64,000 nucleotides of DNA from Azolla caroliniana (lineage: Eukaryota; Plantae; Polypodiophyta), in contig JBHGNT010000017.1 of assembly GCA_043228905.1 (NCBI GenBank), positions 620,001 to 684,000 of the forward strand, given 5' to 3'. This document shows, piece by piece, positions 39,301-52,980 of the stretch. Positions within the stretch are counted from its first letter, which is position 1. Every line of letters begins with the position of its first letter. The position numbers and the translations under genes are program-made. A model generated the notes under the pieces. The model was not told where the DNA came from. It ran no database searches and saw nothing but the letters and a program-made list of their open reading frames with translations.

Positions 39301-40444
39301 GTTTTATCTCATTTATATGCGCTATCAAGAATCGTATAGCAACCACATTCTCTTTTTCTCTCTTTTGGGGACTAACCAAGAGCGTTTTGATCAATAGCAA
39401 AAAAGCAGGGCCATTTACAGAAATAAAGAATAACATGAGAGTATTTCGAAGTTTTCCCCTTCTACAAATTACATTACCTCACAAAGCTAATGTGGACACC
39501 AAGACTGCGATGAAAAGCAGAGCAATCGAGACAGATAAAAATCCCATAAGTAACCGAAGCCCAAGATGGATTCTTGGCAGTGCAGTCGAAACACACCTAC
39601 AAGGAACATTGTTTTAGCAAATTTAGGAAACTGCACATACTTAAAGATGTGAAAGTAGATGAGGAAGAAACTAGACATCATGATTTCAAACCTAAAGTTA
39701 CATGTAACAGATTTTCACCAAAAGCTTAAGCATAAAGTATGACTCTGGTTTGCATTCAACGAAAACTAATTTCGCAAGCTGGAAGATTACATGATCTGAA
39801 TCTAAACTTACATGCAAGCTTTTCTGCAAAAGTGCTTAATGACATTGTCTAGCACACAAATTACAAGATATAAGGATAACATAAAAAATGTCAGCTGTAT
39901 GGCATATTTCAGATTGGCATTCACAATGCCGAGAATTTGCAAGCAGCAAGATTAAATTATCTGGATCTTGCCCTAGAAATGACAACTCTTTTGCAAACGC
40001 TTTCTAGCTAATTTAGTATGATTCCACGAGACAGAATCATAAAAAGGGGGGAGAGAGAGAGAGAGAGAGAGAGAGATAATGAGTGTATTGACAACTGAGG
40101 ATCGCATAATCGTACCAAAGAGAAGCTTTGCAATGTAGTAAACAAGATAGAACAAGAATGCCTTTAATGACAAAACCTCAGACGGAAGATTGTGTAATAT
40201 AAGCAAAAAATAGCTTTACAATTCAGTTAATGAGATAGAGACAGAGAACCACTTCTCTTAGTTTAACCAAAACGTTGCAGACAGAAGGTCAGGTAAACAT
40301 GGCAAAGAGAAGCACCGGGGAGAAAAGAGAGAGAGAGAGAGAGAGAGAGAGTGTGTGTGTGTGTGTGTGTACTACCTTGTTTTCAGCCTTGGTTTTTAGT
40401 TTTCTGAAGACCAGGTTCTTGTCTTGATATTCGTCCACGGCCAT
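36358..40444 (-). CDS. ARF GTPase-activating protein, AGD8/9/10 (ARFGAP2/3, Glo3-type); exons 40444-40376, 39596-39478, 39020-38576, 38424-38167, 37848-37723, 37628-37515, 36465-36358
   Basis: [59 protein letters not shown] (C4 zinc finger plus Arg finger); [10 protein letters not shown]; Glo3 motifs [15 protein letters not shown] and [11 protein letters not shown]; C-terminus [23 protein letters not shown]. Confidence 0.93.
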
Positions 40445-40619
40445 GGTATCAACTATGGCTCTGATTCTGGAGGGGGAGGTCGACGATAACGATGAGTGAT
40501 GAAGAACAAGCAGATTTACGGAAGTAGCACAAGATCTGTTTCTTCTTTTTTCTTCTCGATGATATTATTTTGCAGAATGAGCAGATCTGTTTATGCTTCC
40601 CCTCCTTTCGTTCTTTTGT

Positions 40620-40710
40620 GCTTCTTCTTCTTCTTCTTCGTCCTCCCCCTTAATCTTCCATAACTTCGTTCTTTGATCTTCAGCTTCTTCTTCTTCTTAA
40701 ACTTCAGCTT

Positions 40711-40741
<31 letters not shown>

Positions 40742-41175
40742 ATCTTCCATAACTTCGTTCTTTGATCTTCTTCTTCCTTCTTTTTAGGTCACTTCACTTC
40801 GTTACTTGCTTTCCTTCTTTTTAGGTCACTTCACTTCGTTACTTGCTTTCCTTCTACAGCGTCCTCCGCTACTACTACTGCTACTGCTACTGCAGCTGCT
40901 GTGTTAGGGTTACAGGAGCAGAAGGAAAGGGATGGATAGATGGAGTAAGAGAGCAGAAAGAAAGGCGACGGGCAGGGAAAATAAGAGGAATTACAAGGAA
41001 TTACTGTCGGAATTGCTTTCTTCTGTTCGTTTCTTTCTTCTCTTTCTTTTGGACGAACGGATGGACGGATGGACGGGCAGGCTTTCTTCTCTTTCTTTTG
41101 GACGGACGGATGGACGGATGGACGGGCAGGCTTTCTTCTCTTTCTTTTGGACGGACGGACGGACGGGCAGGCTGA
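40620..41175. repeat. Repeat-rich ArfGAP upstream region: (CTT)n tracts, short duplicated units and a ~48-bp GGAC/GGAT-rich unit in 3 copies
   Basis: TAATCTTCCATAACTTCGTTCTTTGATCTTC x2; TTTTTAGGTCACTTCACTTCGTTACTTGCTTTCCTTC x2; TCTTTCTTTTGGACG...GGACGGGCAGGCT x3. Confidence 0.9.
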
Positions 41176-43465
41176 CGGGCGGATTAGCCGGCCCCGATTG
41201 TCGAGGAAATAAAAGGGAAGAAAACCCGGGGCGATCAGCCTCCCTCCGTAAGACCCCAATGAGTGACGACCGCTTTCTTTGTACATACGACCATATATGT
41301 ATATGTATATATATATATCCAGTAACATCTTATGCTATAGTTACTCGTAGTTATGAATGATTAACGAGTAGTCAAGTGGCACCCCCGCACATTGCACAAC
41401 AATCTCTTCCATACACAGACACGGCATCCCTTGAACTCCATTGTTCGACGCACCCTTGTAAAACTCGTCCTTCCTTGTTCGTGATATGGGCTCCTTTTTT
41501 TTGGGGGGTGGGGGGGGGGGGGGGGTTACTCTCTTTTCCGATTCGATGGTTTCGTTTCACAATGTTACAAAAGCTCCCTTTGTCGCCATGGAGGTTGTTA
41601 GCATGTAGCACGTGCAAGTTCTCTTTAACTCAAAAACGCATCACAAACAAACCCATGCCACTACAATATGAGAATGAATGATTACTTAGAAATTTATGGC
41701 AAGTATGTATAATACAACTTCATAATATTGTAAAATGTATTCTAGATATAAAATACACTTTTTTCCAACGACTATGGAAAAAAACACAACATGTTGAGTT
41801 ATCCAATTGAATCTATAAGCTCGAAGCAACATTGCAATCTTTCTATCAATGAACTTCAACACCACAAAATTTCCCCCATAAATCCATCCATGAGTTTTCT
41901 ATGAAAAATCAATGGTACTCGATTGTCATTTTAAGATATCCCAGCACAAATGGATTCCTATGCATATGCACCGTATCCAACAAATGCAACTCAAGTTGGG
42001 TTATTTAGAACCTTATTAGCAAGAACAACACTAACATGGCTTTCACTGTTTGTTAATGAATGAGTCTTGTTTACTCAAAGATTTTGAAGGTCTAAGGAGT
42101 TTCAAATGAGGTTTGGAGATAAGGATAACGCAAAAAAGCATCAATCGACAAGATTTGAAGGTTGCAATAAGGAGATTGCATGCCTTTGGTTTGCACAATA
42201 TATATTCACCTTCTAACGTGTAATATTCCCTAGGATAAAACGTCATTAATGGATCAAATTCACCACGAGCTATTGAACAATGTCAATGGAATTACTTATT
42301 AGATTTCACGAAGGTCCAAATTCATTATGAACGCCATTAATCAAGTATTATAATGTGACAATTGACTTCGTGAATGGGGCTTTGGGCATTAATAGCTGGT
42401 ACATCCCGAATTAGAGTCCATCTATGTTTTTGTGACATCACCGCCGCCCCCAATACATTCATGAAATACAAATTCCTAACTTTATCCTTATGGATGGTCT
42501 GAGATTGACAGAGATCAAGATACATGTGGTAATCAATTCTCTACATCGACTAAAAAATCAAAGAAGTGCCAGTGATAAGTTTGATTGTAGTTATTTTACT
42601 AGTTTTAAAAATCTTAGTCCCCATTGTAGTTTTATGAATCATGGCCCATAAGATTTCAATGGTTTTCTCTATGAAGGTTCTGCATCAAGGGACAAAAAGA
42701 GGAAATATGTAAACCTTACCATCAATCAAGTATCAAGAGTTCAAATATGTTTTCAACAATGGGAAGGTTAGAACAATCCTAAGCATTATTTGTAGTATGC
42801 ATACATTGCTTGTCATCTAAGAGTCTCCTGGTTTGCGTGAGCGGGACCACTAAACCTTCTTCAATTTCATATGGGCAATGAGTGGAAGGTTGTATTTCCA
42901 CTCATCACATAGTGGACATTTTTAGGACATACAAATGCCTTTGGTCTCTCAACATGATACATGGTTTGTTTTTTTGTTTTTTTCTTAGACTCAAAACTTT
43001 TATGGCTAATCATTGTTTATTAATATTCGTGATTACACTAATTAATGTCCATGTGAATGAAGGAGGAGAATATATACATATATGTGATGTTTTCTACATG
43101 GTTATCTTTTCTACTTTTAAAGCACGTGGTTTGCCCATGTTCCACACTTTCATTTCACAACTATGCTTATTTTCCCACTTATTAGAATGTCAAATAAAGA
43201 AATATTACTACTAGCAACTCCCCAGAGTTTTTTATTCTTTTTCAAATAAGATAAAATCTCTAAAGCAATATTTCCCACCAATAAACTTGATGGGAAATTG
43301 GAATAATAAATCTTCTACTGCTCTCCCACTAAGGAACTTTATTGGTAAAATTTGGTTGCATATTCACAAATAAGTGCACATTGTAAAGGCGATCTCACCT
43401 CAACAACTTTTTTCATCATGAACTTTCATGGTTGCGTTGCTTGAATGATTTGCCTTTCGTAGCAA

Positions 43466-44136
43466 TAGTGGGAAAACCACAATGTTCAAACAATAGTATA
43501 CCTAGTGTTCAGGGAACCCAATCTTAATCAAACCCTTGTGATGTATGTATGTGTCCATTTAATGGATTCAAGGGGAAAATATGTAACGATTTGTCAGGAT
43601 TGGAACCGGCCACAACCGGTTGCTCGTACGTATGTTTGGGTGCAAAAACAAAAATGACAGTGCACCAACAACAAGAAACAAAAAATTCAAAGACACAAAA
43701 AACACCAGATGTTTTACGTGGAAAACCCGAAAGGGAAAAACCATGGGGGTTCACAAACCCCAAGAAACAAATCACTATAAGATACTGAGAGGGGTACAAG
43801 GAGACTCAGTGGCAACAACCTCGAGCTCGTCTTCGTCTAATTGATGGCGACAAAGTTACTACTCTCACTCTTTCTCTCTCTCTCCACTATTGTCTAGTTA
43901 TAGAGGCAACTACTCACTGCAACTTGATACAACTATAATGATTATCACCACTTATCCAACCACTTGCCCTAAGTCTATATATACACATACAACATTTATG
44001 GCTATTTACAAATACAGCCTCTGAATCGGCTATTAAATCGATTTTCGGTTTTTGATTTTGGCCTCGGCCGATGCCCAATGATTCCATCCTATTCGGTTCA
44101 AAAACTTCCCATCCAGAGGGACTTGTTTTCCCAACA
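43466..44136. mobile_element. Probable Ty1/copia-type solo LTR
   Basis: Contains TTTTACGTGGAAAACCC..GGGAAAAACCATGGGG, resembling a motif I associate with copia LTRs. Ends TTTTCCCAACA, with an imperfect inverted counterpart TAGTGGGAAAA at ~43466. TSD unclear and left edge uncertain. Confidence 0.45.
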
Positions 44137-44912
44137 CAATTTTAGGTCTCATAGACGATCAAACATAATAATTACTTGTAGTCCACGATATTGTGGTTGC
44201 ATTATTGTTCAAAAAGCACAATGTGGAAGGATTTGCCCCTGTGAAACAAACAAACAAATTTAGACATCATTGCAAGTTCTACTTAACACTTGCAGCTTAT
44301 GGATTCATGAGCTCCAAATTTCACTAAAAATATAATTTGCACATCATTTGTAATCAAGTTGTTGCTTGTACGAGGTTGTTGCGAACATTCCAATGCATGC
44401 ATTATGTGACAATGTAGATGCAAATAAATGACTAATGGTTGTTGATTTTCCCTATATATTCTTCATCATGTCTTTAGGAGGTGGAGATGTGTATTAGGTG
44501 AGGTGTATTGATTTTATGGATTGCGTATGTCCTTTTTTTTTGCAAGTTTGATATTTGTTAAGAACATACCCCACTCCCTCTCACTCTTATGAACATATTA
44601 TATGAAATGTTTTTATTTGACTTACTAACATTTGCTTCAAAATCGACCTACTTGGGCAATTGACTGCAGGGTTTGTAGACTCAAGTCATAATCAATATTA
44701 TCACAAAAGTAATATGCAAGAGTAACTATCGCTTCGGAATTTACCAGTTTGTCTTCAGAAAAGGGCTAGTTATAATCTGTAGGTGTCTCTTGGTCCACTA
44801 CTTGTAAAAGTCACAAGATTGAGAGGATTCCACATTATTGATCAATAGCTTTCTAGAAGATTCCAATAGGTTTTTCAATTTCTATACATATGTGTGACAT
44901 ACCATAAATAGA

Positions 44913-45230
44913 ATTGACATTTACAACAATGGTTCTAATTCATCGTTTTCCTAAAAAGTATTTAACAAGCAAGATCATTGACTACAAAGAAATGGTTGAA
45001 AAATGATTTAAAAACCTCCCCAAACTTCTAATATATAAGATCTTATTCGAGTCCAAGGTGAGTGCGTTGATAGAACTAACGTACCATGTTTTCAAAATCT
45101 ATAAATATGCGGGACTTACCAAAAATAGGATTGACTTTTACAATAATGGTTCTCATTCATCATTTTCCCAAAAAGTATCTAACAAGCAAGATTTAAACAA
45201 TAAGGTTGAAAAATGATTTAAAAATCTCGG
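44913..45230. repeat. Diverged ~100-bp direct repeat pair
   Basis: TTGAC.TTTACAA.AATGGTTCT.ATTCATC.TTTTCC.AAAAAGTAT.TAACAAGCAAGAT..GGTTGAAAAATGATTTAAAAA at ~44914 and ~45131. Confidence 0.8.
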
Positions 45231-46189
45231 CACACTCCTACGATAATGCTATTTTTTTCTTGTAAAAGTTGGGTGTAGGAGAGAATTAAGTTTGCATAAC
45301 CTCAAAATAAAACATGTTTCTTAAGGTTGGAAATCACAATTTCATGTTTACCCATGGCAAGACAAGTTGGATCCGTCACAACAAGCCTTCGAGCTCGATT
45401 TCGTGAAGTAGTTATGATACTGGTTGATTGTACATATTTTGACGTTATGATTTATGTATTGATACATGAATGACATTTATAATTACTTATGAATAAAAAG
45501 GGGGTTTTGTTTTTAATGTTTACGTAGAATATAGATATCCCCATGTACAAGTAAATGATGACATGTCCAAATAAATCATATTTGGCAAAAACATAGAGGA
45601 GCAACTTCTCTTCCATCCTTGTTCCATCACCAACATTGTTGAATTCATGGTTGATAGATTGTTGTCAAAGAAAAATACCTCAAAGCCAATCCAATCTATG
45701 AAGAAGAAATCCATAATCCACATGGGTAGTTTGTTGTCTTGAGAATCAATGGGAAGGATATGAAAGACACGAGCGGGAATATAGGGATCTTGAAGTTTGA
45801 ACAAGTGAAGATTGATTTGGGGTGGAATTGTCAATGGATGTTTGTGAGAATCAAGTGAGTAATTTGGCAAACTGTCGCGCTCGTGGTGTTTTTTCTCGTC
45901 TTAGATCGCATGCATGCACTTTTAATATATGTCTGTGTATTGATACATACAAGGTGCGTATTTCTAGTATCTTTTAGTTTGTAAGTGTGTCTAAGTACAC
46001 GCTTTTGGTTTATTAAATGTGTGTGTATGTGTGCAAACTCATGTGTAATAGTGTATGTGCATGTTTATATTTGAGAATTATGTGTTCTGGAATGTGTAAA
46101 TATGTACGTGTAAGTGTTTATGGATATGTGTGTGTGTGTGTGTGGATGTATGTAAGTGTCATGCGAAAAAATGTGTATCAAATTTCTCT

Positions 46190-49100
46190 CTTTTTTTCTT
46201 CGTAAAGGAATGTTTGTTATTAAAACAAGATCATAATACAACCCTTGCTATCTTCACTACTTCATAAATAGAGATAGTGCAAGGGAAACCCTCTCAAGTG
46301 TTGTAAAACTAGATGACATAAGTCCATCTCCTCTAGGGGACAACATCCCCAACAACATAGCTGTGAAGATTGTCAAATCAACTTCCCTTTCATCTTACGG
46401 AGTTGTTGTATTACAGAAAAAATTTATATATTTTCTGCACTCGGGAGGCCTCCAATTAAACAAATTCAAACATTGTTGCCAAGAAAGCCCCAATTGTTGG
46501 ACCATAATAGATTATGAGCATTTAAATGGATGGGTATTATTAATAACATGCCACCACGAAGCTATAATTCTCATTTTCCCATGGTATATACCAACCTTTT
46601 CCACAAATTAACTAATTATTTCGGCCCAAGGTTGGGTACCTATGCACATACCTTTCAAAAGATTGAATCTTTGAGTTACCATATGATCTTCTAAATTTAG
46701 TAAAGCAGCTCCCCTAACTGTTTTGGGGTACATATATTGTTCCATGATACCCAACTCATATCAAGGTTTGTTTCCTTTTTCCATAGTATATATTTAAGTG
46801 AACGAGCTAAACGATCAAGTGATTTCTTTGTCCACAATAATAATGACAAAAAATACAAAATTATTGGAATCATTATAACTTGTACCACTTTGAGACGACT
46901 GCTAAAGTACCATGCTTGAGACTTCCAGTACATAAATGTGTCCAAAATGGTTCCCAATATCCAATTCAAACATTGTGATGATGAGATATCAACACCAATA
47001 TGGTAACCTAAGTGTCGACACACATTCCTTGGATCTAATATTTGGCCACCCCATCCAAGATCAACCATATCACTCTTAGTGCATCTAATGAGCATCAACT
47101 TCCGCATATTTATATGTAATCCCGATGCCCATGTGAACACATTCCACACCTCCATGGCATTCGCTATATTATCAGGTGCCGCTTTTGAGAAATAAAAATG
47201 AATCATCAACCAATGCTTGGGATGTCAATTATTTCCCTGATGGTAAAGCTAATCCAACTATTTGCCCACAGGTTGCCAACTCATGCATCCTCACCATTGT
47301 TGGGTGTGTAGCAATTGCAAATAATAATGGACTCAATGGGCATCCTTGTCTAAGTGATATTTTCAATGGTATCGCCTTAGTAACTCCACCATTTAACATA
47401 ACGTGTGATACTGCACCGAATCCCAACAACAACGATATTCAAGACATCCTTTCCCCAAAACCTATATGAGACATAAGTTGAGTAATAAAAGACCAACTTA
47501 CATGATCATATGCCATCTCGATGTCTAGTTGTATCATTACAATTTGTTGTTTGGATTCCTTTGCATAATCCACTACCATTTGCACATTCAAAATATTATG
47601 CAGGATGTCCCTTCCCTCAATAAACCCATATTGCATTGGATCGACCACAAACAACAATACCTTTTGAAGTCTATTTGCAATTACTTTGGCAAAAATCTTA
47701 TACATCCCACCCATTAATAATATCGGTCTCCATCGACCAAAAGACATAAGAGATACAACTTTTGGTATATGTTTGACAAGACCAACTTTCAATGAATCAG
47801 ACATTTTACCAGAACTCCACACTTCTTGGAATATCAATGTTAGAGGAGAGGGCCTTTGAGTTATGGTACAAAGGCTTTAAAAAACTCATTCATAATGTCA
47901 TCCCAACCCAAACTTTTATCAAGTGCAAGATGTGACAATACAAATTCCATCTCCTCCTCCAGTGCAATCATGACATGTTGCCCACCACTTGCCTTGATTG
48001 AGTTAAATAACATCGATCACGCTTGCGTTATGCCATCATTTAAAGTACATTCTTGCCCAAAAAGATTCATGAAATTTTTAACACAGTTATCAATAATCAC
48101 TTATGGGTTTGTATTCAAAGTTCCATCAATCTCTACACTTGCCACCTTCATTCTAGCATGAGATGCATGCAACCCATGGTAAAACTTATGTGAATTACAA
48201 TTGTGATCATGTACTACAAACCTACACCCATGATTGTTGATAACTACAAACCTAGAGCGATTATAGCTTGTCACAATGTCTCTTGAATATCCAACAACGC
48301 ATCATCAAATGTATTTTTTACCAATAATGCATTATATTTGTCTAGAAAGTGTTGTAGTAAACTCATCATTTGTTTAGGATAGATGCTTGATAAATTCCAG
48401 AATATCATGTAAATCGTTGATTATTGGAAAGACAAATATCCCATGAAGAAACAATGTGGACGTTGACTTGTCTTGTAAACTCCCCCACCAATTGTTTAAA
48501 TCTATCATGCCCAAGAAAAGATGAATTAAATCGCAATTGTTGTCTTTCTAATAAAGATAATAAAACCGTCCACATTTTGATGTGTCCATTCCAAAACTAT
48601 CAGGAAGTGATCAGATGATCCAATCCCCCTATATACTTGCATAGTCAAAAACTCTAACAAAAATGTATCATCGAGCATAATATAAATGTGATCCAGTCTA
48701 CTCCATGTTGATCCAATCCCCCTATACACTTGCATAGTCAAAAACTCTGGCAAAAATGTATCATCATGCATAATATAAATGCGATTGAAATGTATAACCA
48801 ACATCATTTCCATTGATCCAAGTCCATGGAGCATACCTTAAGACATGCATCATAAACAAATCCCATACCTCTTGTTCGGGAGCATCCATCAAGCCATGCA
48901 TCGAAGTAGATTGGCCCACCTCAGAACATTTATTAAAATCACCTAACAAAAAACCTGATCTTCTGTGACGTAAAACCTAATTTAAACATCTCCAAAGATC
49001 CATATGTTGTCTTGCAACATTCAATCCATAAATACCAACCACCGAAATATGTTTCCCATCATAATTAACTTCAACCACTAAGAATTGACCATTTACATCT

Positions 49101-49730
49101 CTTTGAACCATTGTTGATTGCAAACTATCCCTTATAATAAGCATTACACCTGAATAAGGCCCCCCATTGACTCCATTATAAAAAACATGACATTGCTTAT
49201 GATGAAAAGAAGACCCAAACTTAGCATGTTCCTTATGTTCTACTACATATAATATATTCCATTGACTATTAAAAATACTTTTCCACATACCATACTGCTT
49301 GGATGGAGAACAAATTCCCCACACATTCCATGTGACTATCTTCATCACTCACTAATTATGTTGCTTCTTGGCCCGTTCATGTTCCCGTTGTGCCAATATC
49401 TTTGGTATATTACCGAAATAATCACTTAAGATTGCAAATGCATTTTGCACATATGTTCGATGAATATTGGTGGATACCATTGTACCCCATGAATTATTTA
49501 TTTTCCAATTTTGTTTTTCTAATAGTAATTTGATTTTACCGTTCTTATCAAACCTAAGGTTGAAAGGTTTTGTCCCTTGATTAGATTGTTTATACTGTGA
49601 CCCTTGCCACGGTTTTGACCTTCCTTTCAATTGATCATAATTATGTGCATGTGATGACCCCACAGGATTCCTAGAGGAACTACCCCTCTCTTGCCCATGA
49701 TGTTCATACACTTTGTCTTTTTGGTTCCTT
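46190..49730 (-). mobile_element. Decayed L1-type LINE: 3' end of ORF1 plus ORF2 (APE endonuclease and reverse transcriptase) with stops and frameshifts
   Basis: Endonuclease MKIVTWNVWG, GDFN, SRLDHIY and SDH; RT WRPILL, QYGFIEGRDILHNI, LDIEMAYDHVSW, LRQGCPLSPLLF, LVDDS and GLHINMRK. The upstream ORF stops at 49352, 3 nt before the ORF2 start at 49348. Confidence 0.92.
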
Positions 49731-49763
49731 GAATGATTTACCTTAGAGGCAACCTTAATCCAC

Positions 49764-49817
<54 letters not shown>

Positions 49818-50544
49818 CAGATATATATACACGTGTTTGTTTGTGGTTGAATACACATTTTTCTTTGATAATTGGGGTGAGGTGGGTAGACTTTAGAAAT
49901 CAAATTATATCTATTCGACGTTGAGCCTATCATCAAGTGAAGGGTTGGCAACGAGGAGGTTTGTTGTGAGCCTCCTCATCAATTTTAAAGAACAATGAAT
50001 GGTGCATGGGTTGTTGTAGATGATGGCACATGGCATAAGGGTTGTTGCATGACGAGAAACAATCCAATTAGCATACGCTTAATCTAAGGCGTGAAACATC
50101 AAGAACCTCTAGGGATCAAACCATAGTCTCGGAGATTAAGATGAAATATCGCACATGAAGAATTGTAGGGATCACATGGTGATGTTAGCGATTAAATTGA
50201 ATTGACACCAAAAGGTTAGATGGGATCATCCTCCCTCAAGGTTCGAGACAACAAAATTTGATGTCAAGATTTCAAGTAGCAAATTAATGGATAGGAGAGG
50301 AAGCTTTTTGTTGGTAGTGGTGACGCGAGTAATGCTCTAAGTTCTAACAATAGAACAAAAATTTGATGTGTCCTTCAGTCCTACGTTTTTGTATTGGATT
50401 GTTCGTGTCGAAGGCCGAGGCCGGCAAACGAGCCCATGGTAGTATAAATTATAATGACATTGTCTTCTTGTACGTGTGAAAGATTTAGCAGAGTTTCATT
50501 AATCAAGTGAAAATGGCCATGCCAATGGCTATGACGATGGTGAG

Positions 50545-52650
50545 ATGACCAAGACTCTTACTAACCATCGCACCGATGGTTGCTACAGCCTTGGGTTCAT
50601 CTTCGAACAGCTGAAGAATGCATTGAGAGATATATCGGTGGCGAAGGATGAAAAGCTGTCTGTATGGACAGAACACCAAAAGAAGAAGAAAGAAAGCAAC
50701 AAGCTTCCATGCCATAAAAAACGAGAAGAAAGCTTCGTTGGGCTTGTAGCCTTACTAAAGGAGTGTGCAAAGAACAAAGATTTGCAGAGGGGTTATAGGG
50801 CTCATGCTGAGATTTCTAAGAGCGGTAAGTTTAAGAACAATCCATATATAGCCAATACTTTAATTAGCATGTATGCCAAATGTGGGGATATTAAGAAAGC
50901 AAAAGAAGTGCTTTTTAGTCATCCATCTAGAAATGTGGTGTCTTGGTCAGCCCTTATTGCTGGATATGCCCAAGAAGGATTATATTTAGAAGCTCTCCAA
51001 TGTGTCGAGGAAATGGAATTAGAAGGTATTTCTCCGGATGAGATCACATTTACTTGCATTTTGAGAGCATGCGGAAATGCCAAAGCCATAGAGAAAGGAG
51101 AGAAGATCCATGAAGCGATAGTGAGAAGAGGTTTGCTCTTGCAGAAGAATGTTGTTCTCAGCACTGCTTTGGTCGATATGTATGGGAAATGTAGTACGTT
51201 TTCAAGAGCATGGGAAGTGATTGAAGAGCTTTTGGTTCGAAATGTTGTCACCTGGTCAGCACTTATATCTGGATATGTCCAACACGGACATGGTGAGAAA
51301 GCTTTGCATTGCTATGAACTAATGCAATTGGAAGGCATACATCCCAACTCGGTGACTTTCATTTGCGTATTACAAGCATGTGGTGGGATTCGTAGTATTG
51401 AGAAGGGGAAAGACATTCATAGGAAGATTGTCAGGGAAGGATGGATTGAGAAAGATGCCGTTCTTGGAACTGCGTTGGTTGATATGTATGTTAAATGTGG
51501 AGCTCTCTCAAAGGCTCGTCTTGTGCTTGAGAATCTTCCTTTTCGATCCATTGCCACTTGGTCAGCTATGATTGGAGGATATGCAAAACATGAACTAGGT
51601 GAAGATGCATTGGATTGTTTTGATAAAATGCAACTCGAGGGCAGTGATCCAAATGTAGTTACCTTTACTTGCGTAATAAAAGCTTGTGGAACTATAGGAG
51701 AAGTTGAAAAAGGTGAAAAAATACACAATGAGATTGTTAGAAAAGGTTACCTTGAAAACAATATTGTTTTGGGCACTGCTTTGGTGGATATGTATGCTAG
51801 ATGTGGTTACATTGAAAAAGCGGCACAAGTGCACGATGAGCTTAGTGTCCGAGATATTGTATGTTGGAATACACTCATTGCTGCGTATGCTCAACAAGGA
51901 AAAGAGGAGGATGCATTGATATGTCTGAATAAGTTGCAACATGATGGCCTCTCTCCAGATGCAGTCACTTTAGCTTGCATCTTGAAAGCTTGTGGCCACA
52001 TGGGAGCATCCGAGAAAGGTGCACAAATTCATGACAAGGTTATTAGACAAGAACTGCAGGGAAGAGAAGAAACTGCACTTACCACGGCTTTAGTGCATAT
52101 GTACGCTAAATGTGGGGCAATTGAAAAAGCAAGGGAATTGCTAGATAGGCTTCATGTTAAGAATGTTTTCTTGTGGTCTTCGCTCATTTCTGGATATGCT
52201 CAACAAGGACAAGCTCAAGAAGCTTTGAGTTGTTTCAAACAGATGCAGTTCGAGGGATTTTTACCAAATTCAATTATATTTGGATGTGTGCTTAATGCAT
52301 GTAGTCATTCAGGTCTAGTGGATGAGGGTGAAATGCATTTTACCGATATGAGGATGAAATATGGAATTGAACCCGACTTAGAGCATTATACATGTATGGT
52401 TGATTTATTTGGTCGAGCTGGCCGCTTTGATAAAGCAATGGCAATAATTGAGAAAATGCCATTGTATGATTATCGTCCAACATGGTCGGCTCTATTGAAT
52501 GCTTGTCATCAATGGGGAAATGTGAGACTTGGGAGATTGGCCTTCAAGCATGCCATGCAAATAGATAGTGGGCATATTCCTGCTTATGTTTGTATGTCTA
52601 ACATTTATGCAGCTTGTGGTATTAGGGATGGCATTGAAATGATTGGTTGA
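50545..52650 (+). CDS. PLS-class pentatricopeptide repeat protein with E domain (organellar RNA-editing specificity factor type)
   Basis: Uninterrupted 701-aa ORF with repeated P-L-S triplets (TALVDMYxKCG, WSALIxGYAQ, PDxVTFTCILxACG), SHSGLVDEG, PDLEHYTCMVDLFGRAG and E motifs (WSALLNACHQWGNVRLG; AYVCMSNIYA). Confidence 0.95.
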   Translation: MTKTLTNHRTDGCYSLGFIFEQLKNALRDISVAKDEKLSVWTEHQKKKKESNKLPCHKKREESFVGLVALLKECAKNKDLQRGYRAHAEISKSGKFKNNPYIANTLISMYAKCGDIKKAKEVLFSHPSRNVVSWSALIAGYAQEGLYLEALQCVEEMELEGISPDEITFTCILRACGNAKAIEKGEKIHEAIVRRGLLLQKNVVLSTALVDMYGKCSTFSRAWEVIEELLVRNVVTWSALISGYVQHGHGEKALHCYELMQLEGIHPNSVTFICVLQACGGIRSIEKGKDIHRKIVREGWIEKDAVLGTALVDMYVKCGALSKARLVLENLPFRSIATWSAMIGGYAKHELGEDALDCFDKMQLEGSDPNVVTFTCVIKACGTIGEVEKGEKIHNEIVRKGYLENNIVLGTALVDMYARCGYIEKAAQVHDELSVRDIVCWNTLIAAYAQQGKEEDALICLNKLQHDGLSPDAVTLACILKACGHMGASEKGAQIHDKVIRQELQGREETALTTALVHMYAKCGAIEKARELLDRLHVKNVFLWSSLISGYAQQGQAQEALSCFKQMQFEGFLPNSIIFGCVLNACSHSGLVDEGEMHFTDMRMKYGIEPDLEHYTCMVDLFGRAGRFDKAMAIIEKMPLYDYRPTWSALLNACHQWGNVRLGRLAFKHAMQIDSGHIPAYVCMSNIYAACGIRDGIEMIG

Positions 52651-52653
52651 AGA

Positions 52654-52980
52654 GTGATATGGATGTGAAGGAAATAATTGCTCATTTGCATTTCGTCGAG
52701 GAGATAAATCACGCACAAAGTGATCATGTACATGCAACTGCTCACTAAAGCATACCTCAAAGCATACCTAGTAGCATTGCCAAAGTTCCATGTGATGCAA
52801 ATGATTATTATTTGGTGATATGGATGTGAAGGAAAATAATCGCTCATTTGCATTTCGTCGAGGAGATAAAGCATGCACAAAGTGATCATGTACATGCAAC
52901 TGCTCACTAAAGCATACCTCAAAGCATACCTAGTAGCATTGCCAAAGTTCCATGTGATGCAAATGATTATTATTTGGTGA
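52654..52980. repeat. ~162-bp tandem duplication immediately after the PPR stop codon
   Basis: GTGATATGGATGTGAAGGAAATAAT...GATTATTATTTGGTGA at 52654 and ~52815. Confidence 0.95.

Noticed and set aside
40831-41360. Repeat-spacer (CRISPR-like) array or ORFs in the ArfGAP upstream region
   Set aside because: Simple tandem units without unique spacers, in a eukaryotic context with no cas genes.
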